From Blasia pusilla (taxonomy: Eukaryota): a DNA stretch of 64,000 nt. This document shows, piece after piece, positions 28,681 through 41,680 of the stretch (within the stretch, counting starts at the first letter, position 1; every line of letters starts with the position of its first letter). Under the pieces are notes generated by a model. It was not told the origin of the DNA, made no database searches, and saw only the letters and a program-made list of their open reading frames with translations. The stretch lies in the NCBI GenBank assembly GCA_050084515.1, contig CM114271.1, forward strand, positions 10,788,001 to 10,852,000. The letters are read 5' to 3'. A program made the translations under genes and the position numbers.

Positions 28681-29079
28681 TTCAGATTTGTAGCCTAACT
28701 TGAGGCCCTTCATATGGCAAACAGATAATATTTGTAATTGTAAACAATAAGACAATAAGAGGATCCATTTTTTCCAATCATTGATTGAGTCACCGTTATT
28801 TTTCTTCATTGATGGAATTGGGGGAATTTTGAGGGGGCATGGTGTGTGTACACTCTTGACCTTCGACGATAAAAGACGCTATTACGGGGATGTATACAAC
28901 CAAATAATTAATAAGAAGTAATGATTTATGTAGAAACAATTGCTTCTTATGCTACTTAACTTCAACTTGTTCTATGTATAGGTACCAAAGGATTGACTAT
29001 TGGAAATCCGAGTATCGTGAAGGCTATAGGTAACCTCCACATCCACTAACATCCATTTTAAAGTTCTTTTTTCCATGCT

Positions 29080-30373
29080 TGTGATACTCACAATTTTTTA
29101 CTTTTAAAGATTTACATCTTTTTATTCAAAGAAGACTTGTATATACACTATGATTTTGATATTATGGTTATTATTATATATTATTATGGAGAAGAATGAG
29201 TAAGATTAAAGTGAATCACGAAGCTCCAAGGACAAGGCAGAGAGATAGAAAATCAAGGATTTTCTTGAGAGGAGAGGAGAATAAAATAACGAAGTCTAAA
29301 GACCCAGCAAGAATCTTCGAAAGGACAACGAAGCTCTATTAAGAACTTTTCTATGAAGTGCTTCGCTCCTGAACGAAGCATGAAGCATAAAGAAGAAGAG
29401 AAAGAAGTACTTTGCTTATGAACAAAGCACGAAGAACGAAGCACCTAGAACAAGAACAAAGAATGGAGCGCTTCGTCTTCAGATCAGGAGAAAGAGCTTC
29501 GTCCTCAAGCGAAGCGAAAGAGGTCCAGACTTAGCAGCGAAGCGAAGCTAAGATTGATAGTGATTTCAAGCGACACATAGTTAGAACAGTTAGAATAGGA
29601 AAAGGCGCAACTCTTTGTATCAGATAGGTAGTTATGACAGTTTTGTTTTGCGGATTCATAGGGATCTTAGGAAAAGAGAAGAGTACCATAGATCTAGGTA
29701 GTTACAAATGTTGAAGAGACACCTGCTTCATCAAGAACGCTTCGAATCTTTGAAACACTCCTACTTCAGAGAGTATTTAAGAAACATGAAAGTAGCTATC
29801 ATCATCATTCTTTCACGAAGTCCTTCTGCTGTAGGAATGGTCCGAGCAAGGGAGTAGTACCCTCTTGAGCTTGTATAACACTTTGAAGCTTTCTCATTCT
29901 TGATGGAGTAGTAAAGCACTCATTCCTTCATTCTGATGTGCGATGCTTATGTCTGAGTATTCTTTTTGGGTCTGTAGAGTGAAGAGTGAATCAGACAAAC
30001 CTTCCTCATCAATGGAATAATCAACATGGAGTTGTAGGAAATCTGTTTGACAGAGAGTAGCCTGCCGAGACGGATTGAGTTCCGACAGTAGGAGAAGCCA
30101 ACTTTCTTGTTGAGATCTCTGTGAGGTTTCTTGATGTCGAGAGGAAATTTAGCTGAGCGTGCTATCAACTCCACTAGAGAGAATTGAGAAAAGAAACCTT
30201 GGTACTAAGAAAGATCCGAAGATATTGATAAGATATTGAATCTAAATTATTCACACCTAAATACAACTATTACAACAGAATTATAATTTGGAACTCTCTT
30301 TTCATCAAACAATGATCCTCTTGGGGATCGAACTCAGTAAACGACTGCAAAATTGAAACTCTTATACATTACA
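29080..30373 (+). mobile_element. Solo LTR (1294 bp) inside the CACTA element
   Basis: TGTGAT...ATTACA ends, TSD ATGCT/ATGCC, paralogous to 17181-18478. Strand arbitrary. Confidence 0.88.
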
Positions 30374-30472
30374 ATGCCTGAATCATGGACATTCAATATC
30401 CATTGAATTTCTACAATAATAATTATCTTATTGTCTTTTGTCTCGAAATGTAGGAGTAACCAACGTACAAGG

Positions 30473-31128
30473 ATGGCGCGCCCGAAATACCAGGTCAAGA
30501 AAATCCCCGAGGTGAGCACTTATGTGCCATATAGTGCACTCCATGTTCTGCAGAAGGCAGCCCACATTTGTGCAATCTGTGATGATGGGGAAGACCTGGT
30601 TGTTTGCGACGGGCCTTGTGCCAGACACTTCCACGCAATTGCAGAATCAGTGGGGGCTATAGAGAACTCTTGTCCAAGGGTCAACCTCCCATCAAACCAC
30701 GAGGGGAGCTGGTTGTGCCAGAATTGTGAGAAGCAAATTGCCAGGTGTGCCAAGTGTGGCCTAGAGGGGAGTTTTGCAGAGAGCGAGGATTCTGGGGTTC
30801 GTGTGAGAAAGTGCCTAGATACCTTTTGTGTGAGTTTTTTTGCTTTACTTGTTTGCCTACTGGAGTGGAGTCTTGCCCCATGCATTATTGCCAAGAATGC
30901 CATAAGCATGATGAGGAGTTGTGGGAGGACATGGTCTTTTGTCCTAGGTGCCCCACTACATGGCATTGGACTTGCTTAAAGAAGGCTATTTGCAAGGGTT
31001 ATGCATGTGATCGGATTATATTTGACCATGGTGCATGTGGTAAGGATAGGTGGTGGTTCTATTGCCTCCAGCACAAAGTTGATCTCACACTTTAGACTCC
31101 TTTGAGAGATCATATTTCATGGATTTGA
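30473..31128 (+). pseudogene. EDM2-like composite PHD-finger gene fragment carried by the CACTA element
   Basis: CAICDDGEDLVVCDGPCARHFHA...WLCQNCEKQIARCAKCG...CPMHYCQEC...FCPRCPTTWHWTCL...FYCLQHKVDLTL*TPLRDHISW; one frameshift (~30830) and one stop. Confidence 0.75.
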
Positions 31129-31553
31129 TTTTCAAGTAGGCGGATGAGAGATTCGTGTCTGAACAGATTTCCGTGGCATTTTGGTAGAGAGTGCAGGGTA
31201 GCCACTTCTGATGTAAAGAGGGTTGATGCTCTAAACATGCTTATTAGGTAGGTGGTATGACTTTGTATAGAGACTCGTCATTACCTACCCTCTGATTTTG
31301 AGGGTTCTAATCTTTTGAAATTTTGATCGAATGGCCATAATTGCAAAACTATATAATATCAGGTTTTGTATCAACATTATGCAGTTATTTTTGTTAAGGA
31401 AGAATGAAATGTAATCGTGGTGGTTTCTAAAAGACTCTTGTGATTAGTCTATTGATTAGGATGTGTCTGGTTGTAGGTGGAATTCTATATTCATTCGTCA
31501 TCCATTGCCATATCCAATCATGCAAGTATAGCTTTAGAGCTGGGTAGTCCATC

Positions 31554-32513
31554 ATGGAAAACCATTGGCAACACAATACCCAAATGAGAATTGTTGAGCT
31601 TCTCCCACTCCCAAGTGGCGGCCTCTCTAAAGTGTTCATGTATCATGAGACCTCACCCGGATGCACATCGGGTACGATGCCAACCTCTCTTTTTGCACGG
31701 ATTGTAGCATGCATCATGGCCTCCCTTGAATTGCCCCATGATGAATGGTGCCGGCTTAAGAAAAACTTTGTGAAATTGGGTGGGAGAGAGACTGATTGTC
31801 TCCGTGACGCCACACATGGCATTTCTGGGAATTGGGTAAGAGTTTTGGAGAATTTCAGATGGACCATCCTGAATTCCCAGAGGAATGAACGAGGTGTTAA
31901 ATATGTCCACATAGATTGGTTTTCCTTGTCCATCCAAGATGGAAGATTGCATGACCCTGATGACCATGATCTATTCCAGAGTAAATCAAGCTCACTGGCT
32001 ATTATGAGGGAAAATAAATTTTATTGGAAGAATGTGAGGGAAGGGAAACCACTCCCAACTGGTCCGCCACCCACTCCACATCCAACCATGTTTGGTCGAG
32101 TGAGGGTAGTATTTGTCCCTCAAAATATATCTCAATGGAGGTTGACATGGATGAAGAGAAAAATTCTAGAATGTGGTGGGCATGTGGATGACACGGTGGA
32201 TAGGAATACCACCCACTTGATTTGCCGATCCTTTTCCAAAGCCTGTAGACATCATGGAAAGACATTGATTCATTTGTGGGTCTCATCTCAAGGTCTGTAT
32301 GTGCTTCATTACAAGTGTGTCAAAGAATCCATTGAATTGGGGCACTTGGTAGAAAGTAGTCTACATGACTTGATTGGAAACAAGCTAGTGAAACAGCCAT
32401 ACCGGATCAACCAAGTCTTAAGAGACATGGAGGAGCTTACAGATGAGTGGCAAACCACAAATGACAAAGAAACACATTCCACCAGTTTGGATAGTTGCAA
32501 AAGTAGTGCATAG
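31554..32513 (+). CDS. CACTA cargo ORF (319 aa) with C-terminal BRCT-like domain
   Basis: MFGRVRVVFV...WMKRKILECGGHVDDTVDRNTTHLIC...LHYKCVKESIELGHLV fits the BRCT pattern (F.G..F, GG, THLI, S.....G). Confidence 0.6.
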   Translation: MENHWQHNTQMRIVELLPLPSGGLSKVFMYHETSPGCTSGTMPTSLFARIVACIMASLELPHDEWCRLKKNFVKLGGRETDCLRDATHGISGNWVRVLENFRWTILNSQRNERGVKYVHIDWFSLSIQDGRLHDPDDHDLFQSKSSSLAIMRENKFYWKNVREGKPLPTGPPPTPHPTMFGRVRVVFVPQNISQWRLTWMKRKILECGGHVDDTVDRNTTHLICRSFSKACRHHGKTLIHLWVSSQGLYVLHYKCVKESIELGHLVESSLHDLIGNKLVKQPYRINQVLRDMEELTDEWQTTNDKETHSTSLDSCKSSA

Positions 32514-32745
32514 ATTGTGTACTTAGACATGTATTTTTTTATTCAATGTGGGTTCCGTCTCATTGATTTTGCCTCTATACCAGGTTGCTCGAATATGTCA
32601 CATGCAGTGACTACATTCCAAGTTGGCCAATCAATTGTATATGGTGGGGAATATCAGCAACCTCGCGCATTTTTGTTACCACCCTATAAATTTATAAACA
32701 AATTTTTTTATGGTTGATAGTGAAGTTTGGTATCTTTAGGGTTTC

Positions 32746-33784
32746 ATGGATGTCCCACCTAACCCTCCCTACTGGGGGAAAAATGCTCATCATCTCGCAC
32801 CCATAGGCAATCCTCCACACAGCTTTGGACCTAGAACAAGCAGGTTACCATTACAACATCCAGAACAGATCAGAGCTCGTGATTCCAAACTTTGGGATCG
32901 GGAGCAAGTCCTTATGGGACATTCTAGAAGTGACCGGATGAGATGTCCTTGTGCAGCTTGCAATGGGTCTCGTACACTGGCCTTGCGGAATGTTTTCACT
33001 CACCTTCAGAAACATGGAAGGCATCCAGAAAAAAGAGTTTTTGGAGTTCTAGGTGATGAGGACTCGTTCAATGAAGAGTGGAGGTCCGCATCGAACATTG
33101 CCAATGTGGCTAGACATGCACAATTTTTGGGACAAGCAATAGGCAACCTTGATGTGCGAGATGGAGGTGAGGCAGGTACCACACACGAGGAGTTTGAAGA
33201 AAATAACCGTGATGATGGGATTGATGCTGAAGGTGATAGTGTTGATCATGGGATTGATGTGCAAAAAATGGTCCGTGACATCTTCCAAGATCTTGATGCA
33301 TTTTATGATGATGTTGAGAGCATGGAAGACCTCACTGATGCAGCCAAAGAGGCTGGAGAGGACGCAGACAATATTGGGCAAGAAGAGGACGAGAAAGCAT
33401 GGATGTTTGGGTCGCATGAAACTGTTGCTGATGCATGCAGGCCTCTGTTCCATGGCTCTAAGTGTACAAAGTTGGCCTTTGTACTCATATTGATGAACAT
33501 CTGTGGGAATCATGGTGTCCCAGCGGTGCTTGTTTCAAGGTTACTTGCATTCTTGAAGACAACAGTCTTTCCTATTGGGAACACGACTCGTGGAAATAAG
33601 TACGAGGCAACTAAATTATTGTCAAGTCTTGGATTGAATTACAATTCCATTCATGCTTTCCATGATGGCCATGTGCTCTTCAGAGGAGAGCATGCAAATT
33701 GATCAAGTTGCGCGGTATGTGGACAACAAAGGTATAGGAATGTGGGCAAGTCCATGTAGCCTACAAAGGTACTTTGACATTTTG
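32746..33784 (+). pseudogene. CACTA transposase, 5' part (transposase-associated Zn domain and start of Tnp2)
   Basis: MRCPCAACNG...FTHLQKHG; ACRPLFHGSKCTKL; LGLNYNSIHAF..GHVLFRGEHAN; ends KVL*HF at the Mutator-like insertion. Confidence 0.85.
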
Positions 33785-34186
33785 GAGGTGCGGTAAGAGG
33801 AGAGAGGAGAGAGGAAACTACCTTCAACCGAAAGAGATACTTTTTTTTAAGAGAGTTTCCTGTGATTTGAAGAGAGTTTCCATTGGGTTGAAGTGAGGAT
33901 ACTTTTTGTGTGAATTTTTTTGCACTTTTGTGCTAAGTTCTTAAGCACTCCCACAGTTTTTTTTTCCTCTTCCATATTTTGGCAACCCCTCTGAGTCCGA
34001 CGAGTTGCAAATTGCACAAAATTTAGAAAACTGAAAAATCAGTGGAATCATAAGTGTGGAACCAATCACTTTTTCCATCCAAGGTCTGGAAAAAATCTAT
34101 CATTTACCCTCGGCTGAATAGAGTTCAAGCTCAAAGTGAAGGTTCTGGAAAAATGAAAGTACAGTCTAAAACCTCATTTTGCATCC

Positions 34187-37100
34187 TCAAAGTGGTTTGT
34201 TTAAAATACTTCGCACTTCTTTGAGGGACAGAATTGGTTGGTGGATTCCTACTCCTACCTCCGACTCTCTTAAAACTACAAGCAACACATAGTACATGTG
34301 CTTACAAGGGAAATTCCTTTTGCCACTTGTCTCTCTTTGGACAAAGTCATCACATGAACATGTGGGAAAGCAATAAATGTGCACCACATACACTCCTGTG
34401 ACACTTGATTTTACAGTGTTGTTCCTGAACCAATACATCCTTCCTATTCCATTGCCACTATGGACATCTTTTGTGGTGATGATCTCCATTTTTGCCTCTT
34501 GAGCTGATGCAATTCGCTTTGCTCTCTCCACCGTTGGCCTACACATTCTGTTTCTCTTCACCCCATTTCTAGACTCAAACATAAATAGTGGATTGAGATC
34601 ATCCACCTTCTCCGGGTACATGTTGACGTCAATCTTGGGTTGAATACAAAATACAAAGGTCTTTGTAAAGCAAACATGCTCTCAACTTCCTCCGTCTACG
34701 AGTCTGAAACCGGAACTTATAAGATTGTCCACTTCGTCTTGAGTGCAATTCGTACGTGCGGCGATGGGCCAAATCGTGGGGGTATTCCCTGGAGCTCCAA
34801 TGGAAACCGGATAAGACTTGCGGAAAGCGCAAGATTCATTTGGGCAAAAGAAGTACTTCAATTGATCCCCGGTCCTCGTGAAACGATCAAAGGTTTTCAG
34901 TCCCCAAAACCCAGGCAGTGGTCGTCCAGTCCTTGCACAGTTCTTATTTAGGAAAGTGCTGCATGCTCTCCTAATGCCATCAGATCATGCCCTGCAAGTA
35001 GGTCCACGTCTCGGGTTGCTCTGAGATATATGCCACCGTTTCAGGTTGCAATCCACCTCCATGACCGGAATCCCATATTGTTGAACCATCCCAGCGACCG
35101 GATGTTGCGAACTTCCAGCAACGGAGGGCTTTTGAAATAAAAAATTCACTGATTTTGGGGAAGTTACTCCATCACGGATTTGGGAGCAGTTCGGTGTCCC
35201 CGAATACCTGGGCGGGATAATTTCCTCATTCGAATCAATCACCGGACTCGTTCCTCGATGCTGCCTCTTCACTTGCCTGAAGTCAAGATACTTATCTGGT
35301 CTCTACGAGTCTCACTCGGACTGCTCTACCACCATCTATATGGGACGTCTTGAAACGCGCCCACAAATATCCCCACCAATGTGTACGTCTTGCTCGAGGG
35401 GAGTTCCTGCTACGCACCAGTTGAAGGCTTCCACATAGAGTTTTTAATCACCAGATCTCACAGCCGCGATGACATAAAGCTCGTAGATCGAAGGCCCCCT
35501 TCCTTTTGTTATGCCTTTTGTGAGGAAGATATGGGATGCTGTAGACTGTAGCATTGCTCTTGTTGGCATGCCTCCACAAGTGAAATTTGTTGGATGCTTG
35601 TGCTTGAGGAATGAACACTTTCTGCTCCACTTGTGTTGGGGCAGAGGGCATTTTCATGAATGTTCAATCCCTACAACGATGGCAATGTGAGAAGGGAACG
35701 AAAATAGCTCACAAGTCAAAAAAATAAGCTACTTGTCAAAACCAGACGGGTTGCAAGGCCAAGGCATGAACGACTCCACGACCCGTCGGGTCCCCACATG
35801 TTGCAACACCCAGGAACCACCTATTGCAACCCGTCTCATTTCGACGGGTGGCAAGAACCTTTGGCCGCTCCAGGCTGGAAGATCCAAGTGCAAGTCATCC
35901 GAAACCCATCCAGATTGAACTATTTGCAGGCCTTGTATACATGCGACTTGCATACTTGTATACGGGTTGTACCAAAATTCTTGATGCAACCCATCTGTTT
36001 CCGACGTGTTGCACACTCGGGAAACCCGTCTGTTTCCGACGGGTTGCACACTCGGGCAACCTGTTGCATCGGACAAGTTGCTTGGTTTCTTCGGTTTGAA
36101 ATCCCTATAGTTCCCACGCTTCTCAACTTGAGCTGCAACTTTTCAAACAATTCTCAGCGTGAGCTGGACAAGACGAAATAGTGAACTCACCTGCCACATG
36201 AAGTTTCCCCATTGTCTCATACGTACAGTCCACCAACTCAGCCAAGAGCACAACTCTTTGTACTTCCCCTCAATCACATGCTTCCTCCACCACCCATGAA
36301 GTTCTTTTGGAATTCCATGGTCTGTTTCAAGGTTTTGTTGTCCTTGCAGTGTTGGAGCAGAGTGACATGCTGTGTCCTCTTATTCTCCTTGATGCAAGAT
36401 TTGGTGTATCGGGTCACACTCTGTTGCCAATGGAAAGCATCCAACCTTTCCCTCTTCGGTTGAACCTCTCCACCCCAGAACACTTCCCTGATAGCAATCC
36501 ACCTAGTTTGTGCATTGTCCGCCATGAACCCATAAATTTTCGGAGGTGGCCTTTTGTTTTCCTTCACCACCTCCAATAAGAGTAACCAACACATCTTCAA
36601 ACTGCCAACGTCTTCTGCTTTTACTTCAAAGACAAATATAGTTTTGTGTCCCTTCTCCACATGGTCATAAACGTGAGCACCCATTGTCAACCATCCGTTC
36701 AGCACTCTGTAGCAAATATCAAAGCTTACCCAGGTGCCGTAAAGATCTGCCCCTTCCCTCATTTGATCTATAAGATCAAGGCCACTCGACGGACCTATTG
36801 TTGACATTTTGAACACATAGGCCCTGGATCCTTCCCCTCCTTGGCCCATGAATTGCCAGCTCTGAATGAATGGAAATCTGGAGTTGGCCTTGATTCTGGC
36901 AATGGCATCCATTCCGGCGGTCTTTCCATCCAGTACCTCTATTTGACGCAGCAAATTCTGGAAGCATTCAAGATCAGCGAGAAATGCGAGATTTTCCCAG
37001 AGTTGTTTCTCCTCAGCAGCCGTGACCTCGCCTTCTATAGGGATTCCAAGAAATTGTTCACAAATTTGTGATGCTGTTGTGAGCTTCATCACTCCGGGCT

Positions 37101-38202
37101 TTGAACCCGGAGAGTTTCTGTAGACCTTGGCCACTTTCTTGGCCACATCCTCCTTGATGTGTCTTTGAATTGCATCGGTCACAGGATGATTGTGGGAGCC
37201 AACATGAACTGCCAGCCTTATGTACTCTGACGTGGAGCCCAAGTCATGGATAATGAAAAATATGTATGCAGGACACGCTCCAACGCAGAAAGGGGATGCT
37301 TGACAATGAGGACATCGATGGCCTCCCGGCGGTATGGTAGCACCGATCTCATATGGAGTTTGTGCATTCTTGGGGGGGAATTGCGACGTATTGACCCGCT
37401 CGTTGCGCTGTAGATACGGGCATGCTAGACTTCTACACTCCAAAGCTCCAATGCATTGGCGGCAGTAGACAATCCAAAGACCATTTGGAATTGAAGCACT
37501 AGTCCGTTGAATCCTGCACCATCGATCACAATCAGACTTTCTGTCCATACCCTTCAAGCGTCCTTCATCTTTCTTTTGAGCAGGAGCAGCAAGTGGAGGC
37601 AACTCAAAAATGCAATTACCATCGTACGTGGGTGGCAGCTTGTCGACAAGAATGTGCTTGAATATTTTCAAGGGCTGAAACGATAGCAAACTATTGCTTG
37701 ATACTCGCAAGAGGAATGAGAAGGCAGACAGAGGGCCCGATTGGTGTCCGACAGATCCACTAAGGTTAACGACATCCGGAATGTCTTCAGAAAGTACAAC
37801 ATTGTTACGAGCATGTGAAGTTGGAGTCGATGCCGGATCTAGTGAGCTAGGAGTTGCAAACATAGAGCTCGTTGCGCTAGGAAATTCTCAACCGTCTATT
37901 TGGGAAACTGAGGAATTCAGAGGCAAGCCGTAAACTCTATATTGACCATTTGCTAGAGGTAGGAGATTCCATACTTTATGGTCTCCAATCACAGGCTGGA
38001 CTATCTTACCTATAATGTCCTCCGTACCGTCCATCCTAACATCCTTGGATACAGAGATAGTTCCAATTTGGAGAAGAAATCGAACTGAGAGAAAATTTCC
38101 ATCCACTGCTATGAAAGACTCACGAGCTTGCGGTCGAACGATTTCTGATTGAGGAAGGGCCGCTAGATGACTACCACAAGTGAGCTTCACATAATTATCC
38201 AT
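34187..38202 (-). pseudogene. Mutator-family DDE/SWIM transposase, copy 2; intron 36190-35671
   Basis: 529-aa ORF with WVSFDICYRV, GFMADNA, LDAFHW; SWIM CSCDDF..PCKHM; paralogous to 5966-10051. Confidence 0.85.
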
Positions 38203-38389
38203 TCCCAGAAGATTCCACCGGGAGGAGACTAAGAATAAGAATGAGGATAAAAATGGGATTGGGAATGAGAATGATAATGAGAATGTTTAATTTATATTGA
38301 ATAGGGACTCGGATTCTCTTGACAAAATTTGACTGACAGGATGAAGTTTGGTAGGTGAGAATGTCTGACATGATGGATTCAATTCTGCT

Positions 38390-39330
38390 GCAACCTGACG
38401 GAGTCCGATGGGTTGCAGGATTTGGGAATCAGAGACGTGGGTTGCGAAGCACCCACTTCTATTTTTTGTTTCCGTGTCCCAATGCAAGTTGGAACCCGTC
38501 GGAGTTCGATGGGTTGGTACCCCCTTCTTGCCAACCAATGGTCTTTTGAGTCGATTTTGCTAGCATCAAACACAAGACATCGCTTGCATTTGCAAAGGAA
38601 ACCAATCGTTGGGGACTTTTGCAGGATTGTCCAACTCAGGGTAGATGTTGTGACCCGTCCGATTGCTAAGGGTTGCCTCGGAACTATGCATTGTCGCATT
38701 GTTACCCGAGGGATAGAAAAGCGTGCAACCTGTCCTGGTACCTCACCTATTACCCCAAGATAAGCGAAGCGTGCAACCCGTCGGCCTCTGACGAGTTGCG
38801 CAGGTACCGCGCCTTCTTGCCCAAAGACAGCGGAGGCGCGCAACCTGTCCGCCTCAGACGAGTTGCGCAAGTGCCTCGACTTGTAACGCTTACATGAAGG
38901 AAGCGTGCAACCCGTCGGCCTCCGACGAGTTGCACGGGTGCCCCGCCTTCTTGCCCAAAGACGGCGGAGGCGCGAAACCCATCGACCTTAGACGGGTTGC
39001 GCAAGTGCCTCGCCTTGTAACGCTTACATGAAGGAAGCGTGCAACCCGTCGGCCTGTGATGAGTTGCGCGGGTGCCCCGCCTTCTTGCCCAAAGACGGCG
39101 GAGGCGCGCAACCCGTCGGCCTCAGACGGGTTGCGCAAGTGCCTCGCCTTGTAATGCTTATATGAAGGAAGCGTGCAACCTGTCGGCCTCCGACGAGTTG
39201 CGTTGGTAGCCCGCGTTCTTGCCTGAAGACAGCGGAGGCGCGCAACCTGTCGGTTTCTGATGGGTTGCCAGGAGGACGGATGCCAGGAACCTGCGGAAAG
39301 TGTGCAACCCGTCGGAGCCGTTGGGTTGGT
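38390..39330. repeat. Intergenic palindrome array including about four 134-bp tandem units with two palindromes each
   Basis: Units recur at 38890, 39024 and 39158; e.g. GTGCAACCCGTCGG-CCT-CCGACGAGTTGCAC at 38905-38935. Confidence 0.9.
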
Positions 39331-40859
39331 GTTTTTCACGTCCAGACTTCCATAATGGCCGAAATGTCGCCGTCGGAATGACGATGCGACCCAACGGTCA
39401 GCCCAACGGCTCGAAAAGTAGAAATAGCCGAGGGTTCGCTCATTTCCGATTTTTTGTTTCGCGATCTCAATTGCTCTTCTATGCAGCGGTTGACCAGATA
39501 CCAAGGGGCGCTTTACACCGCGACTCATTGCGAGACGATTCGAGCAAACGATCGCAAGACGATTCGAGCTACTCATCAAGCCGACTCATCGCGACATTAG
39601 CAAGGGGACTCCTCGAGGCGACTGATCGTGCATAGAAAGCAATTTCCTTGTCCATAGGAGGCATTTTTGGGAACAATGACGAGGAAAAAAACTCAAGCAA
39701 GAAAGGTTGGGAGCTTCACTCCCAAGGGTGGAAGAACTCCTGCGTCACCATCTCCAGGGCCTCGTTTGGCCAATGAGATAAGGCAGCAAGAAATCGAGGA
39801 GTGGGAAAGGGAAGCAGAGATGCACAAGCAGGAGCTTCTTGGAAAACGTATTAAGGAGGCGCTCGAAAAATAGAACGCAGAGGCTGAGGCGTCGAAGTCC
39901 TTGAAGAAAAGGATCGCCGATGAAAAGCGTGAGAAGAAGCATCTGGACGTGTCGATGAGGAGAGCAGAATTGGAAAAAGCTCAAAGGGAAAAAGCGATTG
40001 CCATTGAAGAAAGCCCGGCCCGTCCAACCGAAAGTGTTGAGATGCAGGAAATGTCCCTGATGAAGTCCGGGGACACAATCAATATAGCGAAAACGCACAA
40101 AGTTCAAATGACGGACGATGAGGTCATGAGGACCGCCAGCGTGGAGATGGTGGACATCGCTGAAGAATCAGGAGAGCGGTCTTCCTCGTCTCTTAGCCCG
40201 GCGGAAGAAATCGACCTCTATCGGATCGACGAGTTTCCAGTGGACTTGCCAACTGCTGTCCCAGAGTAGTTGGCTGGCCAAAACACCGACATAATCTTCG
40301 AGCGGGTAAGAAACGATCTTGGATCTTTGAGTTATGTAAAGGGCCATGTTGCAATTCATTGGCAATTCAATGTAGTTTATTGACTTTGTCCCCATTGTGA
40401 TAGGTGGTAAAGCAGATGGCACTGATGGAGGCCAGAACGCCCCGATTGCGGACAATGGAGTACGTCCGCAAAATTCAGTCTGACGAGGATATCACGAAGC
40501 TGAAACAATCGGCAGTGACAACATCCTACGTCAACAGCTTCCCTCCGTTCTATGTTCAGCCTTACAATGAACATGGAACCCAAGCGAAGGAGGACCTGGA
40601 AGCGCTCGACACATTCTGGAGGATGAGAGATCAGGAATTCAGAAGGGCGATTGAGGGGACGGAATTCAGTTGGATGCAGAACCTGTATTTCTTCATCTGG
40701 GATGGAAACCACAGGTTCATGGCGTGGACTCAGTTTGCAGAGGAGCGCCCAAACTCATTGGAGGCGCATTTTTGCGTGAAGGCATTCGTGTTACATCCAT
40801 ACCCTCATCACATGGCGACGGTGGAGATGGCAATGCTTGCCATGAACACGTAAGTTTCC

Positions 40860-41680
40860 TCTTGCCGTCAGACTCCGACAACTTGTTTGACTCGCCACTT
40901 TTTTTGGCATGTTTTTGGCCGAAAGAAACTCGTCGAAGTCCGACGAGTTGCTCGACTGGCCGCTGTTTTAGGATTTTTTTGGCCGAAAGCAACTCGTCGG
41001 AGTCCCACGAGTTGTTCGACTGACCACTGGTTTAGGATGTTTTTGGCCGAAATCAACTCGTCAGAGTCCGACGAATTGCTTGACTGGACGCTGTTTTAGG
41101 ATGTTTTTGGCCGCAAGCAACTTGTCAAATTCCGACGAGTTGTTCGACTGACCATTGGTTTAGGATGTTTTTGGCCGAAAGCAACTCGTCGGAGTCCGAC
41201 GAGTTGCTCGACATGCTGCTATTTTTGGATGTTTTTGGAAGAAAGCAACTCGTCGGAGTCCGAGAGTTGCTTGATTGGCCGCTGTTTTTGGATGTTTTTG
41301 GTCGAAAGCAACTCGTCTGAGTCCGACACGTTGCATTCGCCGACACGGGAAGGTAATCGGAGTAGATGAGTTTGATTTTTGGCGTCAAAATGCAGCTTTA
41401 ATTGAAATTGTGCAACCTATCGGACTCCGATGGGTTGATATGTTCACTTTTCTTGCCGAGACAACTCTCTAAATACAAATTATCTAACAACCCGTTGGAG
41501 TCCGGCGGGTTGAAACCAGACAATCATAAATCTGAATGCAATCCGTTGGACTCCGATGGGTTGCAAGAAAAGTGAACATATCAACCCATCGGAGTCCGAT
41601 AGGTTGCACAGTTTCAATTAAAGCTGCAATTTGACACCAAAAATCAAACTCATCTACTCCGATTACCTTCCCGTGCCGGT
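40860..41680. repeat. Intronic ~65-bp tandem palindrome units followed by a ~115-bp-arm foldback
   Basis: AGCAACTCGTCGG-AGT-CCGACGAGTTGCT at 41180-41208; 41343-41457 is the reverse complement of 41562-41677. Confidence 0.9.

Noticed and set aside
38390-41340. Palindromic repeats as a CRISPR array
   Set aside because: Intervening sequences are themselves repeated rather than unique spacers, no cas genes are present, and the context is a spliced eukaryotic TE.
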